From Calditrichia bacterium (GTDB taxonomy: Bacteria > Calditrichota > Calditrichia > JAJRVZ01): a stretch of DNA of 64,000 nt. Below the pieces are notes generated by a model, which saw nothing but the letters and a program-made list of their open reading frames with translations, did not search any database and was not told the DNA's origin. The stretch covers positions 585,470 to 649,469 of the forward strand of contig CAWCNS010000009.1 of the NCBI GenBank assembly GCA_963796965.1, written 5' to 3'. The translations under genes were made by a program, and so were the position numbers. The first letter of the stretch is position 1. Each line of letters begins with the position of its first letter. Shown here piece after piece: positions 1 through 9,851 of this stretch.

Positions 1-318
1 GGTAATACAGGCATAGCTCTGGCCATGATTGGCGCTTCTTTGGGGTACCGTGTTACACTTTGCATTCCGGAAAATGCTGGTGATCTTCACAAACAAATGA
101 TGGTTTCTTATGGTGCAAAATTGATTTATACAGATCCTTTTAGTGGCACCGATGGCGCCATAGCAAAGGCCAGGGAAATAGTTGCCGAAAAACCTGATAA
201 ATTCTTTTATGTGGATCAATACAATAATCCCAAAAACTGGCAGGCTCATTATGAGGGCACTGGACCGGAAATAACTTATCAGACCCGGGCGCGATTACTC
301 ATTTTGTTGCCGGACTAG
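1..318 (+). CDS. cysM: cysteine synthase (PLP-dependent, CysM/CysK family), 5'-partial N-terminal part; reading frame breaks near 283-290 and continues in frame 3
   Basis: Translation GNTGIALAMIGASLGYRVTLCIPENA...KFFYVDQYNNPKNWQAHYEGTGPEI is typical of O-acetylserine/O-phosphoserine sulfhydrylase. After ...EITYQT the frame-1 product becomes nonsense, while frame 3 reads GAITHFVAGLGSSGTFVGTGRWLKK (the conserved CysM core). CCC/GGG homopolymers lie at the junction. Confidence 0.75.
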   Translation, partial: GNTGIALAMIGASLGYRVTLCIPENAGDLHKQMMVSYGAKLIYTDPFSGTDGAIAKAREIVAEKPDKFFYVDQYNNPKNWQAHYEGTGPEITYQTRARLLILLPD

Positions 319-701
319 GATCCAGTGGTACTTTTGTCGGTACAGGACGCTGGTTAAAAAAATATGACCCTGATATAAAATTAATATCAGTACAGCCCGA
401 TTCACCACTCCATGGTATGGAAGGAATGAAACATATGGAAACAGCTCTTATACCCGGAATTTATGATTCTGACCTTGCCGATAGAAATGTTGAAATTTCT
501 ACCGAGGAAGCTCAAACAATGGTTCATCGTTTAGCTAGGGAAGAAGGTCTTTTGGTGGGTAATTCTGCAGGAGGTGTTATGGCAGTTGCACTCAAAATTG
601 CAGAGGGTCTTCCCTCTGGTCAAATTATCATTATCTTTGCTGATGGTGCTTTTAAATACATGAACCAACCATTCTGGAAGGATTCATATCATGAAAATTA
701 A
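282..701 (+). CDS. cysM: cysteine synthase, C-terminal part (frame 3 continuation of the same gene)
   Basis: ITHFVAGLGSSGTFVGTGRWLKKYDPDIKLISVQPDSPLHGMEGMKH...LLVGNSAGGVMAVALKIAEGLPSG matches the C-terminal half of CysM/CysK. Stop codon at 699-701. Confidence 0.7.
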   Translation, partial: DPGAITHFVAGLGSSGTFVGTGRWLKKYDPDIKLISVQPDSPLHGMEGMKHMETALIPGIYDSDLADRNVEISTEEAQTMVHRLAREEGLLVGNSAGGVMAVALKIAEGLPSGQIIIIFADGAFKYMNQPFWKDSYHEN

Positions 702-1134
702 AATTAATCGCGTTGACCTGAAAGGTATTAAAAATCATGGTGTAAAAGATTATCCTTATGAGTGCTGTGGATTTTTGTTTGGTAAATCCTCTGAGGAGAC
801 TAAGACTATCTTGAAAATTCAGCCAGTTCAGAATTCTCGTGCTAGTGAAAACAAACATAACCGCTACCTGATTACACCCCAGGAATTTTTGAAGGCAGAA
901 CGTCTTGCCAGAATAGAAGGACTTGATATTATTGGATTTTATCATTCACACCCGGATGCAGAGGCAAGACCATCCCAATATGACCTGGATTATAGTTGGC
1001 CGGTATATTCTTATCTCATTGTATCTGTAAAAAAAGGGAAAGCTAAAGAAGCAACATCATGGCAGATAAAAGAAGATCGATCGGAATTTTTACAGGAGGA
1101 GCTAGCTATTAATACAGCTCCGGTTGAGATCTGA
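691..1134 (+). CDS. mec: JAMM/MPN+ (Mov34) zinc metalloprotease, Mec+/QbsD/CysO-hydrolase-like
   Basis: 147 aa with the JAMM motif (E...HSHP...S..D: GFYHSHPDAEARPSQYDLD). Start overlaps the cysM stop. Sits between cysM and the sulfur-carrier/E1 gene, as in the actinobacterial mec-cysO-cysM cluster. Confidence 0.8.
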   Translation: MKIKINRVDLKGIKNHGVKDYPYECCGFLFGKSSEETKTILKIQPVQNSRASENKHNRYLITPQEFLKAERLARIEGLDIIGFYHSHPDAEARPSQYDLDYSWPVYSYLIVSVKKGKAKEATSWQIKEDRSEFLQEELAINTAPVEI

Positions 1135-1220
1135 AGATCACTACAAAATAGTTGGAATTTAGACTTGGTAGTAGCAAAAAGAATGAATCATTAGTGGATA
1201 AAAACATGGAGCCATAAATC

Positions 1221-2663
1221 ATGAAGACCCAAATAATCATACCCAGCGCCTTGCGCCAGTATACAGATAATAATGATGCTATTGAATCTGCCGGTAAGAC
1301 TGTCGCAGAGGTATTAGAAGATTTAACAACACAATATCCGCTGCTTAAAAAACATCTTTTTAGTGAAGATGGCAGATTGCGGAATTTTGTTAATATTTAT
1401 ATTAATGAAGATGATATTCGCAGCCAGCAACAGAAACAAACTTCAATAAAGGAAGGCGATATCGTCTCAATTATTCCATCTGTAGCCGGAGGAAATTTTG
1501 ATATAGCTGATACAAAGGAAGTTGATTTATCTTCCGAGGAAATCAGTCGCTACAGTCGCCATATTTTAATGCCAGAGGTAGGCATTGAGGGTCAGAAAAA
1601 ATTAAAGAATTCATCGGCATTAATCGTAGGTCTGGGCGGTCTTGGTTCACCTTTGTCTTTATATCTGGCTGCCGCAGGAATGGGCAGATTGGGATTGGTT
1701 GATTCCGATGTCGTTGATCAAACCAACCTGCAGCGTCAGATCATCTATTCTGAAGATCAGGTTGGACAGTCAAAGATACAGAGTGCAAAAGATCGTCTTA
1801 GTGGCATTAATCCACATATCAGGATTGATACCTATGAAACCTTTTTTACTTCTGATAATGCAATGGAATTGGCTTCCCCCTACGATATGATTATTGATGG
1901 CACGGATAATTTTGCTACCCGCTATCTTGCCAATGATGTCAGTGTTCTTTTGGGAATTCCAAATGTACATGGCAGTATTTTTCGCTTTGATGGTCAGGTT
2001 TCTGTTTTTGATGCAAAAAATGGGCCCTGTTATCGGTGTCTTTATCCAGAGCCGCCACCTCCAGGTATGGTTCCAAGTTGTGCTGAGGGAGGCGTTTTGG
2101 GAATTTTACCTGGTATAATAGGCATGATCCAGGCAACCGAAGCGATAAAGCTGGCCCTGGGCCAGGGTGATAGCCTGGTCGGGAGATTATTAACCTTCGA
2201 TGCCATGCGCATGAAATTTCGGGAGTTGAAACTTAACAAGGATCCAAATTGCCCGATTTGTGGTGACAACCCCTCTATCACTGAGCTCATCGATTATGAT
2301 GCATTTTGCGGTTTAGGTCCTGATTCCCATGATATTCTGGAGGAGGAGTGGAATATTCACCCTAACCAACTAAAAAATGCTCTGGATAAAGGAGAAAAGA
2401 TTCGCATTGTGGATGTGCGTCAACCACAAGAATATGCTATCGCGAGATTACCGCAATCAGATCTGATTCCCTTATCAAACCTGGAGGTAAGTCTTCATAC
2501 ATTAAATCGTGATGAGGAAATTGTGGTGCTCTGCCGTTCTGGTATTCGCAGCGCTCAGGCAGTTAAATATTTACGAGAGGCGGGATTTAAAAATGTAAAA
2601 AATCTTGAAGGTGGCATTCTGGCCTGGGCCGATCAGATTGATTCAGAAATGATAAAATATTAG
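1221..2663 (+). CDS. moeZ: fusion protein: CysO/MoaD/ThiS-like ubiquitin-fold sulfur carrier (aa 1-91, ending ...SVAGG) + MoeZ/MoeB-type E1 adenylyltransferase + C-terminal rhodanese domain
   Basis: N-terminal ~90 aa beta-grasp ending in AGG. Then the ThiF/MoeB nucleotide-binding motif VGLGGLGSP, the zinc tetracysteine CYRC...C..C / CPIC, and a rhodanese domain with active-site CRSGIRS. Confidence 0.85.
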   Translation: MKTQIIIPSALRQYTDNNDAIESAGKTVAEVLEDLTTQYPLLKKHLFSEDGRLRNFVNIYINEDDIRSQQQKQTSIKEGDIVSIIPSVAGGNFDIADTKEVDLSSEEISRYSRHILMPEVGIEGQKKLKNSSALIVGLGGLGSPLSLYLAAAGMGRLGLVDSDVVDQTNLQRQIIYSEDQVGQSKIQSAKDRLSGINPHIRIDTYETFFTSDNAMELASPYDMIIDGTDNFATRYLANDVSVLLGIPNVHGSIFRFDGQVSVFDAKNGPCYRCLYPEPPPPGMVPSCAEGGVLGILPGIIGMIQATEAIKLALGQGDSLVGRLLTFDAMRMKFRELKLNKDPNCPICGDNPSITELIDYDAFCGLGPDSHDILEEEWNIHPNQLKNALDKGEKIRIVDVRQPQEYAIARLPQSDLIPLSNLEVSLHTLNRDEEIVVLCRSGIRSAQAVKYLREAGFKNVKNLEGGILAWADQIDSEMIKY

Positions 2664-2993
2664 ATCTCAATAATAAAGTGGGTGGCCATGATTAAAATTA
2701 AGAAATCGGATAATTACTCCCAGGGAAACAATCACAAAAAAGCTGCCCACAATTCCTCCCAATTCTAATCCTCCTATAAATGAACAAATCAATAAATAGA
2801 AAATTGATACCCAATTTAGAAAAATTAAGGATTTCGTCATGTCATGATCTCCTTTTCAGAATATGTATAAACCTTAGTAAATGATACATGCTTTGATGTA
2901 CATGGCACAGTTACTTTATCTATCTCGTATTAAATAATAAACCAACTGAATATACTCTTCAAGTGGTCGTTATAATTTTTATTCCAGAAATTG

Positions 2994-4595
2994 CTATATT
3001 ATTTCATGCTGATGTAGAAGTGTAATATCATTATTAAACGCGTTATCTTTGTCTTTCAAACTTCTTTTATCAAATTGAAATTTAATTAGACTATCATAAG
3101 TATCTTCTATTTTGTCTATAACCATTTGAATACTTACCATAATTTCATCGTAGATTTTTTGTTTTACATCATTTAGTTCTGGTAAACTTGATAAAATTTC
3201 AACAATAGATTCACCCGTACAACGTACTGCCTCCATTAATTCTTCTTTTATAAAACCCTCAATATATCTTTCTTCGGCCAATTTTCTGGCATATTCGAGC
3301 AAATTGGTACGGTCACCTGTTTTTAAATCATTCTCAAGCATCTTGTACAAGTAGCCCACTCTAAAAATTAATTTGTCCAGATTAATTTTTTGATATGATG
3401 GAAAAATATTTCTGTTTTTATTTGCCAGAAGTTTTTCCAAAATACTCTGAATGATCTTTTGACGATAAGCAATCAATGATTCATAAATGATTAAATATTT
3501 TCTCTCACTTACCGCTTTATATGGTCGTATCTCATTTCTATATCGCCATTCAAAAGGATTACTCTTCATATTTGCTATCAAAAATAATAGGCGGCGTTTA
3601 ATATCATAGCGAGAAGTTGGTGTCCAGGAAAGGATTGCATATGAAGAAGCTGGATTAACCCTCATTTCCCTATCAATATATTTCACCATCCAAATCTTCT
3701 CGAATGTGGGGGTATTAATCAATCGCCCTAATATACATTTGATAAATATTCCAATACGCGTAATACTTTTGGGTATAAACATGGGTTCAACATTCTCGAA
3801 ATATTTATACTTCGTTGCGATTTCGAATAATTCTTTATGAGAGGTACATTTAGGTGAACTTGCAATTAAAATTTTAAAATCTGGTATCTTTTTTGAGTTT
3901 TTAAGGCATTGCAAAAAAAAGAAAACAAGATCATATATGTGTAAGTATGGAACTGCTGCTCGGCCTTTACCCGCTAGCAATCTACAATTCCAATGGGGAG
4001 ATAACCAAGTAGATAAAAATGAATATAGAGGAAGATACTCGCACCAATCGCTGAAGATAGCTGACTGGCGAACAACAACACAGGGAAAGGTTTTCGAATA
4101 TTTTTTTACTAACGCCTCCCCTGCACTTTTTGATCGAGCATAGGGAAAGGTTGCATCAGCAGGACTCTTTTCTGTTAAGATACTATCCGACTTTGTAAAT
4201 TCTGATACAGTAAGTGTGCTTGAAAATATAAATCGGGATAGTCCCAGATCTTTACAATATTTAAGGATGTTTTCGGTGCCAAGAATATTTGTTCTTTCAT
4301 ATTCACGATCTTCACTATTCTGAAAATTATAAAAGGCTGCTAAATGTAGGAAGTAATCAGCACCTCCCCTTTCAGCAATTTCCTCCAAAAGATGCTTAAC
4401 TTTAATTTCATCGGCAATATCTAATCTATTCCAAACAATATTTGGATGAATAGCTATACCGGCTTCTTTTTGAGATCTTCTCGCCAAGCCATAGATATAG
4501 TACTTATCTTTTATGGCGTCCAGGAAATACCTGCCCACAAATCCGGAGGCCCCACTAACTATGATTACTGGTAAATCAGATGGGCGCTTCACCAC
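2994..4595 (-). CDS. NAD-dependent epimerase/dehydratase (extended SDR) family protein with ~190-aa uncharacterised C-terminal helical extension
   Basis: N-terminal Rossmann motif VSGASGFVGRYFLDAI with a YxxxK-type SDR core over the first ~330 aa. The C-terminal 190 aa (YKAVSERKYLIIYESLIAYRQKII...) has no family I recognise. Confidence 0.75.
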   Translation of the reverse strand: MVKRPSDLPVIIVSGASGFVGRYFLDAIKDKYYIYGLARRSQKEAGIAIHPNIVWNRLDIADEIKVKHLLEEIAERGGADYFLHLAAFYNFQNSEDREYERTNILGTENILKYCKDLGLSRFIFSSTLTVSEFTKSDSILTEKSPADATFPYARSKSAGEALVKKYSKTFPCVVVRQSAIFSDWCEYLPLYSFLSTWLSPHWNCRLLAGKGRAAVPYLHIYDLVFFFLQCLKNSKKIPDFKILIASSPKCTSHKELFEIATKYKYFENVEPMFIPKSITRIGIFIKCILGRLINTPTFEKIWMVKYIDREMRVNPASSYAILSWTPTSRYDIKRRLLFLIANMKSNPFEWRYRNEIRPYKAVSERKYLIIYESLIAYRQKIIQSILEKLLANKNRNIFPSYQKINLDKLIFRVGYLYKMLENDLKTGDRTNLLEYARKLAEERYIEGFIKEELMEAVRCTGESIVEILSSLPELNDVKQKIYDEIMVSIQMVIDKIEDTYDSLIKFQFDKRSLKDKDNAFNNDITLLHQHEII

Positions 4596-4832
4596 TGATA
4601 CCCCTTAAAAACGAATAGGTATATGCACGTAAGTAATTATCCAATTCGAGTAGGTAATTTTATTCTTAGTCTTAACAGAAAAGGAGAAGTGAAAATTTCA
4701 AGTAGAGGCTGGATCAGAAAGAATTTCCATGAGCTGTTTTAGGATTCATATCAAATATAGTTATTTTTAATCTCAAAACAAGCGAATTTATTAAGATATT
4801 GTGTTATAGTATCTGCAATTGTTATACACAAA

Positions 4833-5129
4833 TTAGCTTCGTATCACTTCATAGAGCCCCGGGTAATTAGATGGATAGTCGGTAGCTGATTCCACAATAC
4901 TATTGAGTTCTTTATTGTTCAAAGCAGCCATAAAATGGTCTGGTGATTCCCATTCTGAGATAATTACCAGATGAAATCTGGCATCTGGATTGATCGCGCG
5001 ATGGAACTTCGCCGTTACCTATCCTGGTTGCTTTCTAAAATACGCAGCAAATTTATCCCACATAACAATTGCCTGTTCCTCATTTCCTTCCGATACTTCG
5101 AATGGATTGATTACAATTATATTAGCCAT
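4833..5129 (-). pseudogene. ABM (antibiotic-biosynthesis monooxygenase / Dabb-like) domain protein interrupted by an in-frame TAG codon (minus-strand 5021..5019)
   Basis: Minus-strand translation MANIIVINPFEVSEGNEEQAIVMWDKFAAYFRKQPG*VTAKFHRAINPDARFHLVIISEWESPDHFMAALNNKELNSIVESATDYPSNYPGLYEVIRS. The frame is continuous across the TAG, where homologues usually carry Tyr. Missed by the ORF track because it is split into two sub-threshold ORFs. Confidence 0.5.
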
Positions 5130-5340
5130 TTATCCCCTAGATTTACTAAAATTAATATACCCTCATTTATTTGAATTATTCTATATTCAACCTGCTTCTA
5201 TTCCGGGTTATTCCATTAGTTAAATATAGAAAAACGTATATTGACAGAATTCAAATGAATAAAAACATATTGAAATTAAAATTGCTGGATGTTATTTTAG
5301 AAATAGATTATCGCCTTTATCATCATTCCCAATATTTTAA

Positions 5341-8300
5341 TTGAATACTAATATTGCACCGCTATCTTATATTATAAGGACTAATCCAGGAAAGGATGTT
5401 GTTGTGCGAAATTTCTTAAAAATTGTTGCGACAATAGTTCTACTCAAATTCTGTATGTTAATAGTACCGACGAGTGGCTTTGCTCAAATGAAGCCTGTAA
5501 TCGGACTACATGAGAATGTGCCCAATGTTGTTTATCTGACAAACGTCCGGATTATAAAAGCCCCAGGCCTTGTAATTGAAAAGGGCATTCTTTTTATAAG
5601 AGATGGCCGAATTGAAGCTGTTGGATCAGGTATAAAAGCGCCAGCTGATGCCCATGTTATTGACCTGAAAGGAAAAACAATCTATCCCGGGTTTATAGAT
5701 TTATTTTCTTCCTTTGGTTTGGAAGAGAATGATAATTCCAAAGCAAAAAGTGTCGCGAGTGAAAGCTATCAAACCAGAGGCGCTGTCTACTGGAACCCGG
5801 AAGTTCATCCCCAGACGAATGCCGCCCATGAGTTAGAGTCAAACAAAGAACAGGCTGATCTCTTACGTGGGAATGGATTTACGACCGTTCTTACCTTACC
5901 GGCTAAGGGTATCTTCCGGGGAAGCGGTGCTCTTATTCAATTAACAGATGACACACCAAATAAAATGATCCAAGAATCCAATCTGGTTCAATCCTTATCA
6001 TTTAAAAAGGGAAAGATACCTAGGATAAGAAGCACTGCATCATACCCGCGCTCGACAATGGGCAGTATTTCACTCATTCGTCAGGTTTTTTTGGATGCCC
6101 AGTGGTACGAACAGGCCTGGACAAAATATCGTCGTTCACCTTCCGGACGAGCGACCCCACCAACCGATTTAACTCTCGAGGCTCTGGTTCCATTTTTAAA
6201 TAAGAAGAGGCCGGTAATCACCTCCATATCTAACGAATTGGAGATATTTAGAGCCGCCAAGATAGCCCGGGAGCTTGACCTGAAGATGTGGTTCATGGGA
6301 TGTGGCAGTGAATATCGCCGCATTGATGATCTCAAAGATCTGAAAACGAAAATAATTATCCCTCTCAACTTTCCGCCTCCACCTATCGTTTCATCAGAGG
6401 AGCGAGCCCTTTCGGTAAATCTTCGTGATTTAAAATATTGGGATGTAGCAGCAGAAAATCCTGCCCGCCTAGCCAAAGCAAAAATAGATTTTGTATTATC
6501 TTCAACGCAGCTCACGAAAGAATCTGCTTTCCTCAAAAATTTAAGATTAGCTGTACGCAGAGGTCTTCCGGAGAAAGAGGCACTAACAGCCTTAACCCTC
6601 AGACCGGCTAAATGGCTAAATATGGATGATCAACTTGGTAGTCTTGACAAAGGCAAAATTGCCAATTTTTTTATCACAGATGGTGACCTATTTGAGGATA
6701 ATACACATATATTGGAGACTTGGGTAAACGGAAAAAAGTATCCGGTTATAAATGTGCCCGTTACGGACCCAAGAGGTCTGTGGACAGTAACCATAGCAAC
6801 GCAGAGTGGTGAGGAAACAGCAACGCTTGATATTGATGGCTCAATCGAAAAGCAAAAAGCAACGATAACATTGTGTAACGTTGAGGTTAAGATTAAAGAT
6901 ATTAAATTGGAAAATGGCATTCTCAATCTTTCCTTTACCGCAGATTCATCCTGCCATTCCGGAGTTACCCGCCTGACCGGTATTTTGACGGATCGGCAAC
7001 TATCCGGCCTCGGCATATGGGCCAATGGTAGCAGTTTCCACTGGAAAGCAGATCTAATCAATTCCTTGAATGAAAAAACTGATAGTACCGTAGTTAATTC
7101 AAATCGGATGGCCGAATTTCCTGTGGTCTATCCTGACGGTGCATTTGGAATGTCTTCTGCTCCGAATCAACCGCCTTCCCTGCTTATAAAAGATGCCACC
7201 ATATGGACGAGCGGCCCTGAAGGTATCATTGAAAACGCGGATATGCTCATTAAAAAGGGTAAAATTTTCCGCATTGGTCGGGATCTTTCAATTCCCTCTG
7301 ACACAAAAATTATTGATGCTGCTGGTAAACACCTAACTCCGGGACTCATTGATGCTCACGCTCATATTGCTACAAGTGGCGGAGTCAATGAAGGTACCCA
7401 GGCAATTACTGCAGAAGTCAACATTAGAGACATCATCGATTGTGATGATATCAATATCTATCGCCAATTAGCCGGTGGTGTGACAACAGTCTGCACCCTA
7501 CATGGTTCGTCCAACCCCATCGGAGGAACCTATGCTGTGATTAAACTAAGATGGGGCGAGATGCCCGATAAAATGTTACTTAGCAAAGCAAAAGATGGGA
7601 TAAAGTTTGCCCTGGGAGAAAATGTTAAGCAATCAAACTGGTCCAATTCCGTTCCCCGTTATCCACAAACACGGATGGGTACCATTGAAATCATTGAGGA
7701 TGCCTTTCGGGCAGCAATGGATTATCGTCAAGAATGGAATATGTATAAAACAGAATATAAAAAAAATAAAAATTTAATCTCCCCACGTAAGAACCTGCGG
7801 TATGAGAAAATTCTCGATATTCTTGATGGCAAGACTATTATCCACTGCCATAGTTACCGGCAGGATGAATCGTTGGCTTTAATGAGGTTGGCTGAAGAAA
7901 TGAATTTTAAAATTGCTGTATTTATCCATATTCTGGAGGGCTATAAAATTGCCACTGAATTAAAAGCCCATGGTGCCATGGCGACAACCTTCAGCGATTG
8001 GTGGACTTATAAAATGGAAGCCTATGACGCCATTCCATATAATGGTGCGATCATGCATGAACAGGGGATTATCGTTAGTTATGATTCGGACAGCGCAGAA
8101 CTAGCCCGGCGCCTGAATACCGAGGCAGCCAAGGCTGTCAAATATGGAAATGTGCCGCCTAACGAAGCTCTGAAATTTGTTACTTTAAATGCAGCCAAGC
8201 AATTGTTTTTAGAAGATCAGATCGGTAGCCTGGAGCCGGGTAAAGATGCTGATTTTGTTATATGGAGTGATTCTCCCCTCTCTACATATGCCAGGTGTGA

Positions 8301-8439
8301 ACAGACCTGGATTGATGGTCGCAAATACTTCGACCTGAAAGACGATGAACAGAGAAGGGAAAAAGTTGCCAGGGAGCGGAATGTTCTAATTCAGAAAATT
8401 TTGAAGATAGAGGAGACGAAAGAGTCCACGAATGAGTAA
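5341..8439 (+). CDS. amidohydrolase family protein (tandem metal-dependent hydrolase domains), secreted
   Basis: Signal-peptide-like N-terminus (probable real start at GTG ~5404: RNFLKIVATIVLLKFCMLIVPTSGFAQ). Amidohydrolase motifs GLIDAHAHIATSGG and IHCHSY..DE. 1032 aa with two amidohydrolase-like halves. Confidence 0.8.
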   Translation: MNTNIAPLSYIIRTNPGKDVVVRNFLKIVATIVLLKFCMLIVPTSGFAQMKPVIGLHENVPNVVYLTNVRIIKAPGLVIEKGILFIRDGRIEAVGSGIKAPADAHVIDLKGKTIYPGFIDLFSSFGLEENDNSKAKSVASESYQTRGAVYWNPEVHPQTNAAHELESNKEQADLLRGNGFTTVLTLPAKGIFRGSGALIQLTDDTPNKMIQESNLVQSLSFKKGKIPRIRSTASYPRSTMGSISLIRQVFLDAQWYEQAWTKYRRSPSGRATPPTDLTLEALVPFLNKKRPVITSISNELEIFRAAKIARELDLKMWFMGCGSEYRRIDDLKDLKTKIIIPLNFPPPPIVSSEERALSVNLRDLKYWDVAAENPARLAKAKIDFVLSSTQLTKESAFLKNLRLAVRRGLPEKEALTALTLRPAKWLNMDDQLGSLDKGKIANFFITDGDLFEDNTHILETWVNGKKYPVINVPVTDPRGLWTVTIATQSGEETATLDIDGSIEKQKATITLCNVEVKIKDIKLENGILNLSFTADSSCHSGVTRLTGILTDRQLSGLGIWANGSSFHWKADLINSLNEKTDSTVVNSNRMAEFPVVYPDGAFGMSSAPNQPPSLLIKDATIWTSGPEGIIENADMLIKKGKIFRIGRDLSIPSDTKIIDAAGKHLTPGLIDAHAHIATSGGVNEGTQAITAEVNIRDIIDCDDINIYRQLAGGVTTVCTLHGSSNPIGGTYAVIKLRWGEMPDKMLLSKAKDGIKFALGENVKQSNWSNSVPRYPQTRMGTIEIIEDAFRAAMDYRQEWNMYKTEYKKNKNLISPRKNLRYEKILDILDGKTIIHCHSYRQDESLALMRLAEEMNFKIAVFIHILEGYKIATELKAHGAMATTFSDWWTYKMEAYDAIPYNGAIMHEQGIIVSYDSDSAELARRLNTEAAKAVKYGNVPPNEALKFVTLNAAKQLFLEDQIGSLEPGKDADFVIWSDSPLSTYARCEQTWIDGRKYFDLKDDEQRREKVARERNVLIQKILKIEETKESTNE

Positions 8440-8524
8440 ATCACCCGTTGTCTCAGCGAGAAATACCGATGGGACATATCACGAATTATAATGATTACCG
8501 TAAGCAGAAAGCAGGAAAGAAAAT

Positions 8525-9844
8525 ATGAGACATTTATTAATCCAATTAATATTACTGTCAATTACATTTCTCGTTAATCAGAATGTGGGTTCAGATCAGA
8601 TACCTGCCGGACCTCAAAAACAACCGATCGCCCTTACAAATGTAACCATCCATCCCATAAGCACAGAAACCATCGATAATGGAATCATTGTTTTCTCGAG
8701 AGGCCAAATCGTTGCCATTGGGAAAAATGTATCTATACCCGGGAATGCGCATGTCATTGATCTGGCTGGTAAACATGTCTATCCGGGAATAATTGAAGCC
8801 TATTCCCGGATTGGACTAACCGAGGTCAGCGCTGTGAAAGCAACGAATGACTATCAGGAGCTTGGGCAAATAAATCCAAATGTCCGTGCAGAAGTAGCTA
8901 TCAATCCAGAATCTGAATATTTTCCGGTCCATCGGGCCAACGGTATTGCCATGGCTGTTTCAGCCCCAACAGGTGGTATTCTTTCAGGTAAATCAGCATT
9001 AATACGAATGGATGGCTGGACCTGGGAGGATATGACCTACAAAGCACCTGTTAGCATGATGATGGACTGGCCCTCTTTAAGCATTCCGTATTCTCCCTCC
9101 GGAGGGAAATCCGAAGAAGAAAGAAAGAATGCGATAGAGAAGAATATGGCTCTTCTTAATAAAACTTTTATGGATGTGCGTGCCTACATGGTTGCACATA
9201 GTTCCCAAACGAATAAAAATACCTCTCATTATAAAACCGATTTAAGACTTGCGTCACTTATTCCTGTTCTACAAAGGGAACTTCCACTTTGGATAAAGGC
9301 AAATTCCCTCGTCGACATAGAAGCCGCTATCAGCTGGTCAAAAACGCAACAAATAAGAATTGTTATTATTGGAGCAGCAGACACTGAATTTACCACTGAA
9401 CTATTAAAAGAAAATAATATTCCGGTGATCGTCAGCCCTATCCTCCGCCTTCCCTCCAGACGGGACGCCAATTTTGATCAGCCCTTCACTCTGCCCAACA
9501 AACTATATCAGGCAGGTGTAAAATTCTGTATTGCCAGTGGTGGGGCCAGCGCCGTACGCAATCTTCCCTACCATGCAGCAAAAGCAGCTGCTTACGGTTT
9601 ACCAAAACAAGAGGCGTTAAAAGCTATTACTGTATATGCGGCTGAAATTCTAGGCGTTTCCGATAAACTGGGTACACTTGAGATCGGGAAAGATGCCACC
9701 CTTATTATTACGGATGGTGATCCTCTGGAGATTACCACACATGTGGAAAAATTATATATTGAGGGTAGAGATATTGACCTTGGCAATAAACATAATGACT
9801 TATATCTAAAGTATCAGAAGCGATATGAACAAACCCCTAACTAG
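8525..9844 (+). CDS. amidohydrolase family protein, secreted
   Basis: Signal peptide MRHLLIQLILLSITFLV. The amidohydrolase fold motif VYPGIIEAYS is paralogous to the C-terminal half of the preceding gene. Confidence 0.8.
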   Translation: MRHLLIQLILLSITFLVNQNVGSDQIPAGPQKQPIALTNVTIHPISTETIDNGIIVFSRGQIVAIGKNVSIPGNAHVIDLAGKHVYPGIIEAYSRIGLTEVSAVKATNDYQELGQINPNVRAEVAINPESEYFPVHRANGIAMAVSAPTGGILSGKSALIRMDGWTWEDMTYKAPVSMMMDWPSLSIPYSPSGGKSEEERKNAIEKNMALLNKTFMDVRAYMVAHSSQTNKNTSHYKTDLRLASLIPVLQRELPLWIKANSLVDIEAAISWSKTQQIRIVIIGAADTEFTTELLKENNIPVIVSPILRLPSRRDANFDQPFTLPNKLYQAGVKFCIASGGASAVRNLPYHAAKAAAYGLPKQEALKAITVYAAEILGVSDKLGTLEIGKDATLIITDGDPLEITTHVEKLYIEGRDIDLGNKHNDLYLKYQKRYEQTPN

Positions 9845-9851
9845 GGCTGAT

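Noticed and set aside
2660-2840. Possible ~56-codon minus-strand membrane-peptide ORF between moeZ and the SDR gene
   Set aside because: It is below the ORF-track threshold. By hand it translates to a hydrophobic peptide, but the frame and stop were ambiguous in my count and there is no RBS or conservation evidence, so it is not reported as a feature.
6081-7061. Minus-strand ORFs 6081..6536 (151 aa) and 6630..7061 (143 aa), lying inside the large amidohydrolase gene
   Set aside because: They lie entirely antisense to a well-supported 1032-aa CDS and their products are low-complexity (Arg/Ser-rich), so they are shadow ORFs. Similar antisense ORFs occur inside the FtsX permeases (11778..12260, 11971..12333), the rhamnosidase (18291..18647) and the giant proteins (45619..45945 and others).
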